From positions 23,932,001 to 23,996,000 of the forward strand of contig NC_043004.1 in assembly GCF_006345805.1 (NCBI RefSeq): 64,000 bases of DNA, given 5' to 3'. The notes beneath the pieces were generated by a model. The model had not been told where the DNA came from, ran no database searches, and worked only from the letters and a program-made list of their open reading frames with translations. Shown here one piece after another: positions 39,368 through 53,787 of this stretch. Source of the DNA: Octopus sinensis (Eukaryota). A program made the position numbers and the translations under genes. How positions within the stretch are numbered: position 1 is the first letter of the stretch; every line of letters starts with the position of its first letter.

Positions 39368-39760
39368 TAAAAATAATAATGAAATGTCAACAACTACATT
39401 CTGACTGACAGTCATCATACACCAACGAACTCGTTTTAATATCAATCGGTGATGGTAACCGGGTTTAGTTGGTTTAGAATCCTGATTTTCGTATGTTGTA
39501 ACATTGGAGTACTATGCTCTCTGCGATTATATCTATTAGAGTCTTATATATCGAAACAAAATATACGTGCACCTACGCACACACAGGCGCACATACAGAC
39601 ACACACACTCACACGCTCAAACATACACACATACGCACATATACACATACGCACACAATAGTAACTATATTTATGTTGTAAATTTAGAAAATGAATTCCG
39701 AAATATGCCTACGTGAGTGTTATAAAAGATTAAGTCATGTTGGTAAATAGAAAAAATATA

Positions 39761-39811
<51 letters not shown>

Positions 39812-39852
39812 GATATATATGTATGTATATGTGCGTAAGTTATACGCTTCAA

Positions 39853-39896
<44 letters not shown>

Positions 39897-42800
39897 GTCC
39901 ATTCATCTATCTATCTATCTATCTGTATATATATATATATATACACATACATATGCAAATTTATACATCTATGTACATATATGTAAAATCAATTATACGT
40001 GCCTATATATACACATATATAAACACACACATATATATATGTATATATAAACATTTATATATATGTATATGTATCTATATATATATAAACATTTATATTA
40101 CATACAAATATATATATATACATACATACATACATACACGTATTCTTTTACAGTGCAGTCAGTTCTGTGCAGCAGCAATGGCTAACAATGATATTTCAAT
40201 GCATTACAAAGCAAACATAAAAAATTACACTTCGAATTCAGTATACTTCTAAATTTCAGAAATAGAAAATACGGTAGTGATATGAACACACGAAAAGTGT
40301 AAAATTGATGTAGAATATACTATGCGTAAATTAAAACATTCGGAAAGCATCATATGAATGTGTTCTTTAAAAACATTAAATTAATATCATCAAGAATTAT
40401 AATTCGAGATATATTAATGTTCTTGCCGTCGATGGTTTTCTATTAAACAATATATTTTTTCCATATTAAGTCATTAGAATTTTTTTTATCAATTCATTAT
40501 AAATTATTTTTTAAAGTTGAAATGGTGATCTTATTTTCAATTTTTAACCAAAAATACACGTTTTGATTTTCATGAAAGCATAAGGTGATTATTGAGTTTT
40601 TTGTGTTTTTTCCTGTTATTTTTTCAGATCATATAGATTTCTGGAATGAAAATATGAACGTCACGTCTAAAAACAAAACACGCAATAAAGCTAGAAACAT
40701 GATGATTTTTAGAGCTTTTTGGCAATGTCAGATATATAATACTGTAATACACCCCTCTCATTAATTCTTTTACACAAATACTTTAAAGGAAATATTATAG
40801 CCATGTTACGTGATGTTGTGAAAGACAGATTTGACGTTATATTGAAATTACAATAGAACAGGAAGTATAACACTGTGTTCAATTTGATATATTCTATAGA
40901 TGTAAGGAACAAAAAGTTTGATCCTACATGAACATTTCAGCAACGAGGATTAAATATTCAATCTCTCAAAAAGAAAATACTGCTTCATATTTCGGAAATT
41001 TTAGACTAAATATGCTATAGTGGATGTAAAGATAGGCGTGCGGTTAAAAACTTTGCTTCACTACTATGTTGTCTGAGATTCGATTTCATTGCACGACACG
41101 TGAAGCAAGTTTCTTCTGAGAAAGATTCTGTAGTGGGCAACTACGTGAAACACGTTCAGAAAATTCATACGTGTTTTAGATAGGCAAATTTAATGCGTGT
41201 GCCATCTGGTTAAGCATCACAACATGGTCTTTAAGCAGATATTGTGGTGTGGAACTCACTCCATTGTAAGCATTCGGATTCTCTCTCTCCATCGTTTGAA
41301 AATAACTCGTACCACTTCTACGTCTACGGGGCTCTGAAAATATAAAGGCTAATTCATGTTTTTTTCATTTTGTCCTCTCTTAGAATTATTAAATCCGCTC
41401 CGAAAAACATATATGTGGCTATTATGTAACTTGAGTTGAGTAAGCAAGTAATCAGGATTATTTATCTAATTAACTTAATTGATATTGTCTAAAGTAAGCA
41501 CACAGTTATATATAATTTATGCAGTTCACTTCACTGTTCTGTGTTTCTGTATGCGAATACACTGAATGACTTAGTTCTATCAGGTCACGGGGTTGGACCA
41601 ATGCCTTGTCGTTGAAATTGTGTTAAAGCTACTCATAAACACACACACATAGACATACACACACACACACACGCACACACACACACACACACGCATGCGT
41701 GTGTATGTGTATATAATGTTTCTTTATGTGGTGTGTGTGTAAATTTCTGTAAATTGGTGCATCAACACAAATGTGATGTTTCCCTTATTTGAAACGTGAA
41801 CCATTTTTAAGAAGAGCTCTAAAAATTCTGTTACAATCAAGGAACGGGGAATCGATGTAATCGATTAGAATCTGACAAGGAAATCTAGTAGTGCGACCGC
41901 AAGACCAGAAAAGAAATGGAATAAGTAACATAAAAGAAAATAAATGTAAAAGAATATCAGAGACTAGATATCAATCAGATGGACATAAAAATGTTAAGCT
42001 GATGTCTCCTTGTTAAAATGCACCGACAACTTGCAGTTCCAAATTAAAGTAATCTGATGAACACAAGTAATATAGTTCATTTGGTATGTATTAATTTTTA
42101 TTTAATCTCTTAGCCAACTAGTCGAATTTGTCTCCGAAAGCGGTCTGTGACGACATATCTTAGAAAAGAAAGTCAACAACGCATTCATTTGATACAAATA
42201 TTGTTAGGTACTGATACAAAGATTACCCCTTTATGAGATAGTAATATTGTGCTAGCTACTATGCATAAACAAAAGAAAGAAAAGAGATTCACAGCTTGAA
42301 CAACTTGGGACTACTAGAGCAAACTCGGAACTAAATAATTTCAATTGTCTCGAGAATTTTTGACGATATTTTTCTACTGATTTAGCATAAAATACAAAAA
42401 TATGCCCTTACATACTGGAATACTTTTCGATCAACCCTAGTCCCTTTTTAAATTCCAACTCCACCTTCTTCCCGGGAATTATACTCTGTGAATATTAACT
42501 ACATATTTACTTTTTGTCGTTATTAATGCATAGTCCATCGTCTACTGTGATCAATCTGTAATATTGTAGCTTATAATGATATTGGCGACAAGAATAATTT
42601 CAAATAGTTGTTAACATTTTCAGGGGAAGATATAATTGGTTTCTTCCCATTATTTGTACTTGTACTTCATTTCAGTAACTAGGAAAGAGATCAATAAATT
42701 AAGATACAAAAACGCAATTTCTTTAATAAAATTGTATAAATTCTTTTTCAAGAATCACTCAGATGAAATTTGGACAAATGAGGTAATTAGGTGAAAAAAT

Positions 42801-43255
42801 GACATAAATGTTTTTTCGCTGCGATTCTGGCATCCTTCTCGTGTACATGAACTATATTAATGTTAGTAAAATTTCTAGTAGATTACACATGAAGCTGTTT
42901 TAAGAAAGGTAACATCTCGGTCCTAATTTCATAATACAATGAGAGATGAACAACTTCAGGAGGTCGATCCACATTATAGAAGTCTAAACTAGGTATAGCA
43001 ACGCCTCTCAACTATCCACTATATAGGCACACAGCATATAAACTCACACACATACACATGCACGTGTGTATAGACATATATAGACAAACACACACATACA
43101 TATACGCTTAAAGGACATATGGAAATGCGTTACTCAATGTACACACGCACATGGTGAAACTTATAGACCACGTTCACACATATATGAATATATACATACA
43201 CACATATATTTATATACAAACCACACACACGTACACACACTCTCTCTCTCTCTCT

Positions 43256-43288
<33 letters not shown>

Positions 43289-43471
43289 GTATACATATAC
43301 ATGCATATATTAACCATGTGTGTTTACATACATATGAATATATACATAAATATGTCTATATACATACATATATACATAACTTTAAATAATAAGGGTAGAA
43401 ATTGATGTTAATAAATTAAAACCAGTGGCCTAGCATATTTAAAATCCGAAGATTAAAAATTGCGTTACATA

Positions 43472-43664
43472 CAAAATTAAGACGAATGACCACTAAAGTG
43501 GACACCCTATATGCTAAATATAGACGTCAAATCGCCATTATCCCCGAAGAATGGGTTCTCAAGAAACACATTTCTTGATAACACATTCTTCGTGGTAATG
43601 AAAATTTGACGTCTATGTTTAGCATATAGGGTGTCCACTTTAGTGGTCATTCCTCTTAATTTTG
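43472..43664. mobile_element. 193-bp fold-back MITE
   Basis: TA|CAAAATTAAGACGAATGACCACTAAAGTGGACACCCTATATGCTAAA...TTTAGCATATAGGGTGTCCACTTTAGTGGTCATTCCTCTTAATTTTG|TA; arms longer than 55 bp. Confidence 0.85.
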
Positions 43665-43978
43665 TACATACATATATACATACTTACGCGCACACATACA
43701 TACATACATACATATATACATACATAGAGTTACACCACACATACGCACATTCTGACATATTAGGGTATACTATTCATGCTTGCACTTTCGCCTGCCGCTG
43801 TCAATGTAATCTCATGTCATGGAATACATCACCGAGAACCATAAAAACAAATTTACCCTTCAATGACGGTAACCCAATAGAAATACTTCTTTCATGTGAT
43901 GCTCAGTAAAACACCTTTGAAACGATTCTGTTTTCTAAGTTGTATCTCTATCGCTTAACAATTTCCTGTCATATTTGC

Positions 43979-44009
<31 letters not shown>

Positions 44010-44023
44010 TGTATGTATGTATG

Positions 44024-44099
<76 letters not shown>

Positions 44100-44157
44100 T
44101 AGATAAATATATAGATATAAATAAATAGATAAATAAATAAATACATAAATAAATAAG

Positions 44158-44189
<32 letters not shown>

Positions 44190-44649
44190 TATATGCATGC
44201 TTTTACATACAGGTAGTTGAATATAATTTGTGTGTGTGAGTCTGCATGTATCTGTAAACACGCATACACATATGTATAATTATAAACACGGGCGCGCATG
44301 TATCACACCATGAATAGATTTGAGCTACGGAGCATGCATGTCTTCCGTCTAACATTTCTTCATTCTATAGAAACATGTGCATGATTAGTTTGGCAGCTTT
44401 TAGTAGCAATACACAATCTCGGAAAACTACAACATCGAAAGCGCTCATTTACATCCTCTTCAAAACACATAAAGGAACACATACAGACACACATACATAC
44501 ACACATACACGTATATGCGTATATGCATACATACACACATACATACAAACATACATACTTACATACATACATACTTACTTACATACATACTTACATACAT
44601 ACATATATATAAAGAGGGAGAGACAGAGAGACATGCATTCAGACAGTTA

Positions 44650-44693
44650 GATCGATAAGTAGCTAGATAGACAGATAGATAGATAGATAGGCT

Positions 44694-44758
<65 letters not shown>

Positions 44759-44807
44759 GTGGGTAGACAGGTAGACAGATAGATAGATAGATAGATAGAT
44801 ATATAGG

Positions 44808-44901
<94 letters not shown>

Positions 44902-44902
44902 T
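44650..44902 (+). repeat. (GATA)n microsatellite
   Basis: Long GATA/GACA array. Confidence 0.97.
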
Positions 44903-44904
44903 TA

Positions 44905-45235
44905 TTTTATTCTTTTACCTGTTTCAGACATTTTGATAGTAACTATGCTGGAGCACTGTCTTAAAAGGTTCTTAGTTGAAGCAATCGACTCCTGGTACTT
45001 AAGTTACGGGGATGTAAACACACCAACATCAAATGATGGTGGGGACAAACACAGACACACACAGAAATGTGTATATACATATCTATAAAACAGGTTTCTT
45101 TCAGGTTCCTTCTATAAAATCCTCTCACATAGCTTTGGTCGGCCCGAGGATATAGAAGACACTTGCTTGAAGTGTCACGCAGTGGAACTGAACAGGGAAC
45201 CATGTAGTCGGGGAGCAAGCTTCCTATCACACAGT
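44905..45235 (-). mobile_element. Bipartite SINE family A with short internal microsatellite
   Basis: Tail at 44905-45050 and head at 45095-45235. Confidence 0.8.
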
Positions 45236-45299
45236 GATACCATATATAAAAACATATACATATATACGCATGTGTATATATATATATGTGTGTGTATCT

Positions 45300-45416
<117 letters not shown>

Positions 45417-47029
45417 AGAAAAATACCTTAGGAATGAGAACCCAGGTTCGAAATTTTCTCAGGCTGGAGAGTATATCAGCCGAAACGTTGAGGACAAATA
45501 TCCGTCAAATGTAAATAATGTATATATGTATATGTGTAAATATATATATATACGTGTGTGTGTGTGTATGTATATATGTGTATGAAAACTCTACTTAAAG
45601 ATCAAAACGATTGAAGAATGTAGCCACAATTTATATAAGTTTGGGCCTCTTTCGTCATGGGTAAACAAGGGAATTGACAGTTTTCATTACTTGATAAACT
45701 GACTGGCGCAACGACGGTGAACACTCTTGAATGCACTATTTCGGTTGTTCTAAGACTATCGTACCGAAAATTTTCTTTAATTCTTTGTTATGTAAGGTGA
45801 AACCGTCTTGAGCATTTGACCTTCAGAGAAGACATAAATAAACTAGGTCATTGAGATAAGATCTTCACTAGCAACAGTAGTATCCCCGTCCAAGGCATGA
45901 GAGTAATACTCAGTTGGCTGCCTCATCTCAGCTTCGTAGTTTGTCAAAAATTGTTGAGCCTTGAAGTATATTCTGATACTGAAAAAAAAAAAAAGCTCCA
46001 GAATTTGGGATACCGTTGTACTTATCTAAAGATAGGCCTTCGTTATGTATATACTTCCCTGATCGAAAGACCCTACTTTTGGAGCTATTGGGAACAACTT
46101 TCACTTTGCAGATACAACAGCTGTTTCTTGGTGACCCTACTTGAATTAAGGTGACCAGAAATTGATCGATATTTGGGTTCTACATAAAGTACCCTTCTAC
46201 TAAGAAGATTTATAGGCCTGAGAAAAATATAAGAACTAATAACACAGGCATTTATCATGCAGCGTGCTTATTTGTCAATCGGATTATTTCTACGTCCTTG
46301 CACACAAACATACATATACACATAGTTTATTTACCTTTATTTCTGTAGTTTTGATTTGTGCATACAAACATATTTATATATATATATGCAGCCGCGTGTT
46401 TTTCTCCTTCTACACTTGTAACATTTTGATTTATTATAAGATTGCTTTGCGAAAATTACTTGCACACACAACATCATGGAAATCATAAAAGCGTAAACAC
46501 ACACACAGCACGCAGACACACACACATACACACATAAAATAAGCACTAATTGTTTAATACTAGCGACGATGCTGTGAATCAACAGGGATGTATTATTAAA
46601 GCATTTATCCTAAAGGCATTCATGTTTTTTTTAATCGGGTTTTCATAATTTTCTATCAAATTTCGCCTGTAGCATGCAGAATTTATTTTCTTTATAAGAA
46701 ATACCATGGAAAATTTTCTGTCAATGACTTGCTAAAAATTATGGATAAAAAGTGATGGATGTGTAACTGTTAATCGTTTATTTCGTTTCCCGAGGCTTGG
46801 AACAGCATTCTCAAAATCATGTAATGAAGGTTGTGTATGTGATGGCAATACAGTCATTTCAAATGATGTCAATTTAGCTCTTCAATTCAAAGCTGCTCAA
46901 TCATAAATCAATGTAAGTAACTCTAAAGTTACTGCTTAGAACTCGAAAGCAAGATGTCTGATGACAGCAAGTTGAGCGTTCTTGTTTCTTGCCTTCTATC
47001 GTGGATAACATGTATTGATATCGATTTCA

Positions 47030-47235
47030 AATGTTAGCACAAGACCAGCATATTTGGGGGAGGGAATAGGTTGATTACATCGATCCCAGTGTTCCACTGG
47101 TACTTACTTCACCGAGCCCCAAAGGACGAAAGGCAAAGTTGACTTCGGCAAGATTTGATCTCGCAACATAAAGACTAGCCAAATGTCACTAAATACTTTC
47201 CCTACGTCCTAACGATTCTACCACATCGTCGCCAT
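47030..47235 (-). mobile_element. SINE family B
   Basis: GATTACATCGATCCCAGTG...GGCAAAGTTGACTTCGGC...CTAACGATTCTACCA. Confidence 0.8.
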
Positions 47236-47946
47236 TGATAATGGAATATATTTTACACATAAAAATCTCTATGTGCTTCTTTATGTACGCATTACGCATG
47301 TACACATAGGAGCATATACACGTTGTTTTATCTTATAATCAGGTGGGAAATGAAGTGACTATAAACCTGTATAGGAACCCAGGGAGCGTGTAAAATAATA
47401 AGGAGGGAGATATTCAGAAACACAAAATTTGGCCCGAATTGCTGCAAGAGGTTAGACTCCGGTAATGGCAACAAATGTGCCGAGCGATGCTGTTAAACAG
47501 GGTGACGTAATTATTGCTAGTCCGGTAGGCCAAACTGGAATTTGAAAAGACAGCTGTGTCAGAAGAAATACTGTACGGCATTCTACTTGACACACGTTAT
47601 AGTAACGGTCAAAGAGACTGTGATAGTTGGTGCGTCTGTCAGATTAGAACTCACAGCAATTGAAAAGATTCCAACACCAAAACAATAAATAATAAATATG
47701 ACACTTGTAACTTATTCTTCAAAATATGACACGTCATGACTATTATTCCTGATTTTAAATTCACTGAGAAAGCATTCATTTCTTATACGAATGTTACAAA
47801 ATGCATTTTTCATAGGAAAAATATTAATAGTTCCACAGATACGAAGATTGGTAAGGTTTGGAAGTAACTGTTAAGCTTTTGCTATTAAAACATATATAAA
47901 AACATTTACAAATATATACGCATATACAAGCGTACATGTTCCCCGC

Positions 47947-48020
<74 letters not shown>

Positions 48021-48299
48021 TATATCTAATTTGCGCTTTTTTTTGTTTTGCTTTGTTACAGTAAATTTACCAGATAGCATCAAACACTAATCACACGAAA
48101 TAACGAAATAAGTTTTATAGTGGCTTGAAACATCGTTTTATATCTTGAAATTATTATTTCCGGTTGGCAGTGGAACACTGCCAAAATACTGGAAATTTCA
48201 AATTTTCCCAACTAAAACAGAAATACTTCTAAATGTGAAAATAATTTAGCTTTAAAACAAAACATCTAGATATGAAACTTTTATCAAAACATGTGAGAA

Positions 48300-49080
48300 A
48301 TATCAGGAATTTCGTTGTCAAAAGAAATAAGCTCCTACTGGAAGCTAATGCTGATGCGTAGAATAGAACATTTTATATTGAATGTCATAACGCCAAACTA
48401 AAATCCAATATTTTGAAGCTTTGAAAGCTCATATTTGCTGTTAAGACCAATGACCTAGATGAAGTCACTGATGATCAATATAAGTTGTTGAATGACACCA
48501 TTTCTACTAAATATAAGAAGGCAAACAATGATATTAATGATGAGGACAAATTTCTCTCTAAACGTAGCAAAACTGAGAATAGATTAGAATCCTTAGGAAA
48601 GAGAGAAGCTTTCATTTCTCTAAAAATATCACTTAATTTCAGTAATAAACTCATTTGTAGATTTTAAAACCCAGCGGGTACCGAAATCAGTTAAGTAGCT
48701 TCCCCAATATGAAGAACATTAAAGCTTGTGAGCTCAACAAAAGCCATCTCCAAATGTAAATGTGGAGACACTGAAGCTTGCCCACTTAACCACATGTGTA
48801 TGATAAACTCTGCCGTCTATGAGGCAGAAGTCACAACAAACCGACGTTATGCAAACCACCCGTCTTCTTTCCGGCACATCGTCAGTAAGCTGGTTAGCCA
48901 GGTATTATGTTTGAAGACCAACAGAATACCATATACAATCAAGTGGAGGATCGTAGAGAAAGCCATGCCATATGTAAATGGATCTAATAAATGCAACTTA
49001 AGTGTAACTAAAAGATCGCACATACCTTTGAGATCCAAGAATTTGGGACCCTAGAATTTTAGATCCTAGACTTTTTAGAT
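48300..49080 (+). pseudogene. Penelope-like element relic (pre-RT region fused to GIY-YIG region; RT core missing)
   Basis: LLNDTISTKYKK...AFISLK...NF...CRF*NPAGTEIS, then KCKCGDTEACPLNHMC...VYEAEVT...RYANHPSSFRH...YTIKWRIVEKAMPY...KCNL. Confidence 0.8.
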
Positions 49081-49519
49081 TCACCACACTACTTTTCAAA
49101 AAATGCAAGCATGTCGACATTGGTGAAATGAAGGACACTACCATCTCCGGACTGAGCAACTGTCCCGCAGACATTGGATCTTCTATGAATCATAATCATG
49201 ACGTCTACGGTCAAAGGGGACGTAATATTTTTGCTTTTTGGTTTTTATTTACACTTAATTTCATCATTCCACTTTTTGCATCAACCTTCTCGATTTTTCT
49301 TGTGGTTTCTCATGCACCGATCTCATAGTATCTTATAGAACAATGTGCTCAGATCCCACCGATTGCTTGGAGGCAAAGGCACATTATAAAAACCTGTCTC
49401 GCCACGTATCTTCACGGCGAGAGATTATTAGTAGCTGTTATTTGAATACAGTGTACGTTAATTGATATTTATCTCCCACGAGATGGAGTACTTTTTCTGC
49501 TGATCTTTAATTAACGGGC

Positions 49520-49627
49520 CATAAACTATATATGCATGTGCGTGTGCAAGCGTGCGCGTGTGTGCATGTCCGTATGTGTATGTATGTATATATATACATA
49601 TATATATATATATATACATATATAGTG

Positions 49628-49716
<89 letters not shown>

Positions 49717-49840
49717 ATATATATGCATATATGTATGTATATAGATGGATATAAATATGTATATATATATGTATATACATGCATATATAAGTATATATAC
49801 ATGCATATTATATGCATATATATATGTGTATGTATGTATG

Positions 49841-49936
<96 letters not shown>

Positions 49937-49945
49937 CACATGCAT
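49520..49945. repeat. Compound (TG)/(TA)/(TATG) microsatellite block
   Basis: Directly visible. Confidence 0.95.
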
Positions 49946-50476
49946 TCAAACTGTGAGAGAGGAACGAAATTAAAAAGCAGCCATAAAATATATTATATTT
50001 CTATTTTAAGCATAAACAGCGTAGATGTGATTATTTAATGATTAAATACTGTTAGATTTACGCAGTATGAGAGAAGATTGAAAGACCCAAATCCGATACA
50101 CCATATATCTGTTTTCCGAAAGAAATCCTAATACACATTAGTGAAATGACTCTTAATCCAAGCAGCTTATGTTATCAGCAACGTCTTATAATACGGCATT
50201 GTCCTAATGGCTTCTCTCACATTTCACCGAAACTAACGTGATATCGTATATGTTTTAATTTTTTATTCTCTTATATTTTATGGCTTTTGTTTCTATTACA
50301 GTTCTGGGTTCATATACAAGCTGGTGCCTAATGCGAAGCTATATTTTGTATGTAAATGTATTTTTCTTTCTCTCTATAATTTTTACTTCAGTAAGGTTAT
50401 AACTTCTATGGAAATTAAATTGCACTTTTCCATTCATGTTATTTTTGTTTCACTCTGATGAACATTATCTCTCCTA

Positions 50477-50527
<51 letters not shown>

Positions 50528-51228
50528 TCCTTCCTACTTTCTTTCTCGCTCTCTATTTTTCTCTATGAGTACTTTTTCCGCCCATTTCTCCCTGTATATA
50601 TTTGTGTGTATGTGCGGTTATGTGAGTGACTGTGCGCATGCGTGTATTTGTGTGTGTGTGTACATTTATATATATGTATATATGGATGTGTCTGTATATT
50701 TATTAACATGCAGGCATACATACGTATACATACATACACACACAACTACACACACATATATATATCTGTGTGTGTATGTATGTATGTGTGTATGTATATA
50801 TATGTGCGTGTGTGGGTTGACGCAGTCGTGGATGTGTGGTAGAAAGTGTGCGTCCCGCCCCCATTGTTCTGGGTTGAGTTCACCGATACTTATTCTAGCC
50901 GTCTCAAGCGAGTCCGAAAGAATAGGTACCAGGCTTAAAAATATAAGCACTGAGGACGATTCGTGTAACTAAAATACTCCAAGCTTGTGCTCCAGAATGA
51001 CCGCTTTCTAATGACTGAAATCTTTATCAGTATAAAAAATATAAAAGAATACACTCAGATACACACGGAACAATGAACTCCCTTGCTCACAGTATACGGA
51101 CACAGACAATGTGTCGGTATCCAGCAGGAACGATGTTTTCCTAGGGCTAAAATGTAGTACCATCCTCCTGCTTAGAACTGCCACATTGTGATGGCAAATA
51201 GACGCTACTATATATACATATATATATA

Positions 51229-51301
<73 letters not shown>

Positions 51302-51454
51302 AGGTGCAGAAATGGTGTACTCCGAATGAATCAGTTGATGGAATCCGATAAAAGAGAGAAACCACGAATTAGGTCATCCAAAGCAAGTCGGAGGGATGGC
51401 GGTTCATGTGAGCGTGCAGTAAATAGTTGATTAAAAAACGGGGGGGGGAGACAT

Positions 51455-51686
51455 GAAAAAACAACGCAAGGACGTAGCACGTCAATGTACTAATAAGACG
51501 CTCAGAGAAGTAAAGACTGATTGTTCTACGTTTCGACCATAGCTCTTCTTCCTTTCCTTTGGACTTTCCTGTGCCTCCTGTTTCAGAAGAAGAGCTATGC
51601 TCGAAGCGTAAAACAACCACTCTTTCCTTCTCGGAGCGTCTTGTTAATACTTTGCACGTGGCACGTCCTTACGTTGTTGTTTTTCT
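51455..51686. mobile_element. Head-to-head pair of Penelope-type terminal repeats with decayed hammerhead motifs
   Basis: About 97-bp arms at 51455-51551 and 51586-51686, roughly 80% identical. Motif (CA)GAAGA-A-GAGC TAT GCTC-GAAG/GAAAC. Confidence 0.65.
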
Positions 51687-51718
51687 TCTTTTCTGTTTTT
51701 TAATCAATGATATGTATC

Positions 51719-51768
<50 letters not shown>

Positions 51769-51855
51769 CATAAATACGCACACATGTATATAAACGTACA
51801 CACATAGATACAAACATATATATATATACATACATAATATATATGCAATAAACAA

Positions 51856-52760
51856 TTACCTTTTCTCGACATCCTATTTAAAATAGTCAATAATCACATT
51901 GAACCGAACATCTTTTATAAACCTAGAGATTCAAAACAATACCTGTTATTTAACTCATGCCACCACAAATACATAAAAATTAATATACCCTATAATCTAG
52001 CGAAAAGAATCTGTACCATAATCTCAGTGAACTTGGTCGTGAACTTGGTATACTTAAATCAACACTAATCATGAGACATTACTCCAAATCATTAGTGGAT
52101 AATGGGATCAAACAAGCAAAGAAAATAGACACAGACATTAAGGTAAGTCAACCAAAATGTCACAACAGATTTAAAGTACGTCTCTGCATTTCCACACACA
52201 ACCCTAGAAACAGTGAGGCATTTACCATCATCATCCAATCTCTACCTATTCTAAGTAGAGATAACACAATGAACAAAATATTGGGCTCACACCAATTGAT
52301 CAAAAACAAAATACAACCGAAATCATTGAAAAGAATATTAACCAGCACAAAATTATATACCCTGACAACGGAACCAAAAATGGAGAAATGCAGGCGTCCT
52401 AACTGGCACATGCTCCTACCCTTTGGGGGGGTCAGAATTTCACTTTAAACACGATAAAATATTTAAAATAAAGTCAAATTTCGCTTGTGCCTCTCAAAAA
52501 CTAATCTATGTTATTACCAGCTTAGGTTGTGGGAACCATTATATAGGCCAAACACGAATGTCCCGCAGAGGAAGAACAATAGTCCACAGGGAACAAATCC
52601 GTTTCGCACAATATAGATAGGTGCAGGTCTGTGAACACATCCATAGAAGTGCTACGAACCTCAAGCTGAACTTCCACTTTTTATCAAAACTCCAGGATGC
52701 CTCAGTGTAACAAAGAGGTAACTTTAATTGATAAATAAACAACAACTTATTATGAACACA
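51856..52760 (+). pseudogene. Penelope/Poseidon-type element relic: RT C-terminus, linker and GIY-YIG endonuclease
   Basis: LPFLDILF...FYKP.DSKQYLLFNSCH...IPYNLAKRICTI; STHNPRN...KIQPKSLKRILT; LIYVITSLGCGNHYIGQT; frameshifts and stops. Confidence 0.88.
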
Positions 52761-53659
52761 CAACACAATACAGGACACTACAAACCTTACTAATATCACT
52801 AATATCACTAATCCTCATATATCTCAAATACTACTTCAAATTTTAGTGATCGTATCTACATCCCTTTTAGAACTGTTTACTTCCCTTGCATCTAATTTTT
52901 TCATTTAGGTGTATGCTTTTTTATACCCAACACTGCTTGACAACCGGTGTTGATTCACAATTAGTGACCACTTCTAGCGAAGCCGGTATGACTTTCTAAA
53001 TGGTTTTTATACATCTTAATATAACCTCAACTCGTTTGTATTTATACTTGTTTTTTTTTCAAAAAAACCATGTCCATCATACCAATACGTATTTTCATTG
53101 TTTCTTTTTACTTTTCATTTAATTACACCACGTGAGGTCCTTTTTCCTTAAGACTTGTTTCAATTATATATATGAGTGTGTGTGTGCGCGCGTGTTTGTG
53201 TGTATGTGTATGTATTTATGTATGTATGTTTGTATGTACCTATGCATGTATGTATGTACATATATCTATACATTCGTACGTGAGTACATGCATACCAATA
53301 TAGATACTTAGAGATACGCTAGCCAACTTGAGAGCTAGACCTTTTGAAATAACTAGTTTACATATATATAAATATATGTGCATACATACGTACATACATA
53401 CATACATACAGATAGATAGATAGATTTGATTATAGTTTGGATGTTGAATAAACTAAAAGTAATAGAAAGAAATTATTGTAAAACATTTTATATGTTCTCT
53501 TAAGTTATATAGTCTCATTGTGGCTTAAATTTTCAAATTCAGGAATTTCCCAGGGTAATGCTGGGTCATGACGCACAACCTTTGGACGAGCATATCTTTC
53601 ACGGTCTCTTATGAATTTTGTTTTCGATGATGATTATAACGAAATATTTTCTGACGTGC

Positions 53660-53787
53660 AGGTCGGCGAGCTGGTATTACTGCACCGACCGGGCAAAAAG
53701 TTTAGCGGCAGTTCGTTCGCCTTTACATTCTAACTTACCCCTTCCCCAAGATTGCTGGCCTTGTGACCAAATTTGAAACCAATATTT
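53660..53787 (+). mobile_element. SINE family B (internally deleted)
   Basis: GGTCGGCGAGCTGG head; CCCCAAGATTGCTGGCCTTGTGACCAAATTTGAAACC tail. Confidence 0.75.

Noticed and set aside
45455-45495. GGCTG...CAGCC-GAAAC hammerhead-like stem II
   Set aside because: No CUGANGA core upstream; at best a dead relic.
45810-45995. Strong polypyrimidine acceptor (T13-CAG) on minus
   Set aside because: No matching donor before stops, and no family similarity in any frame.
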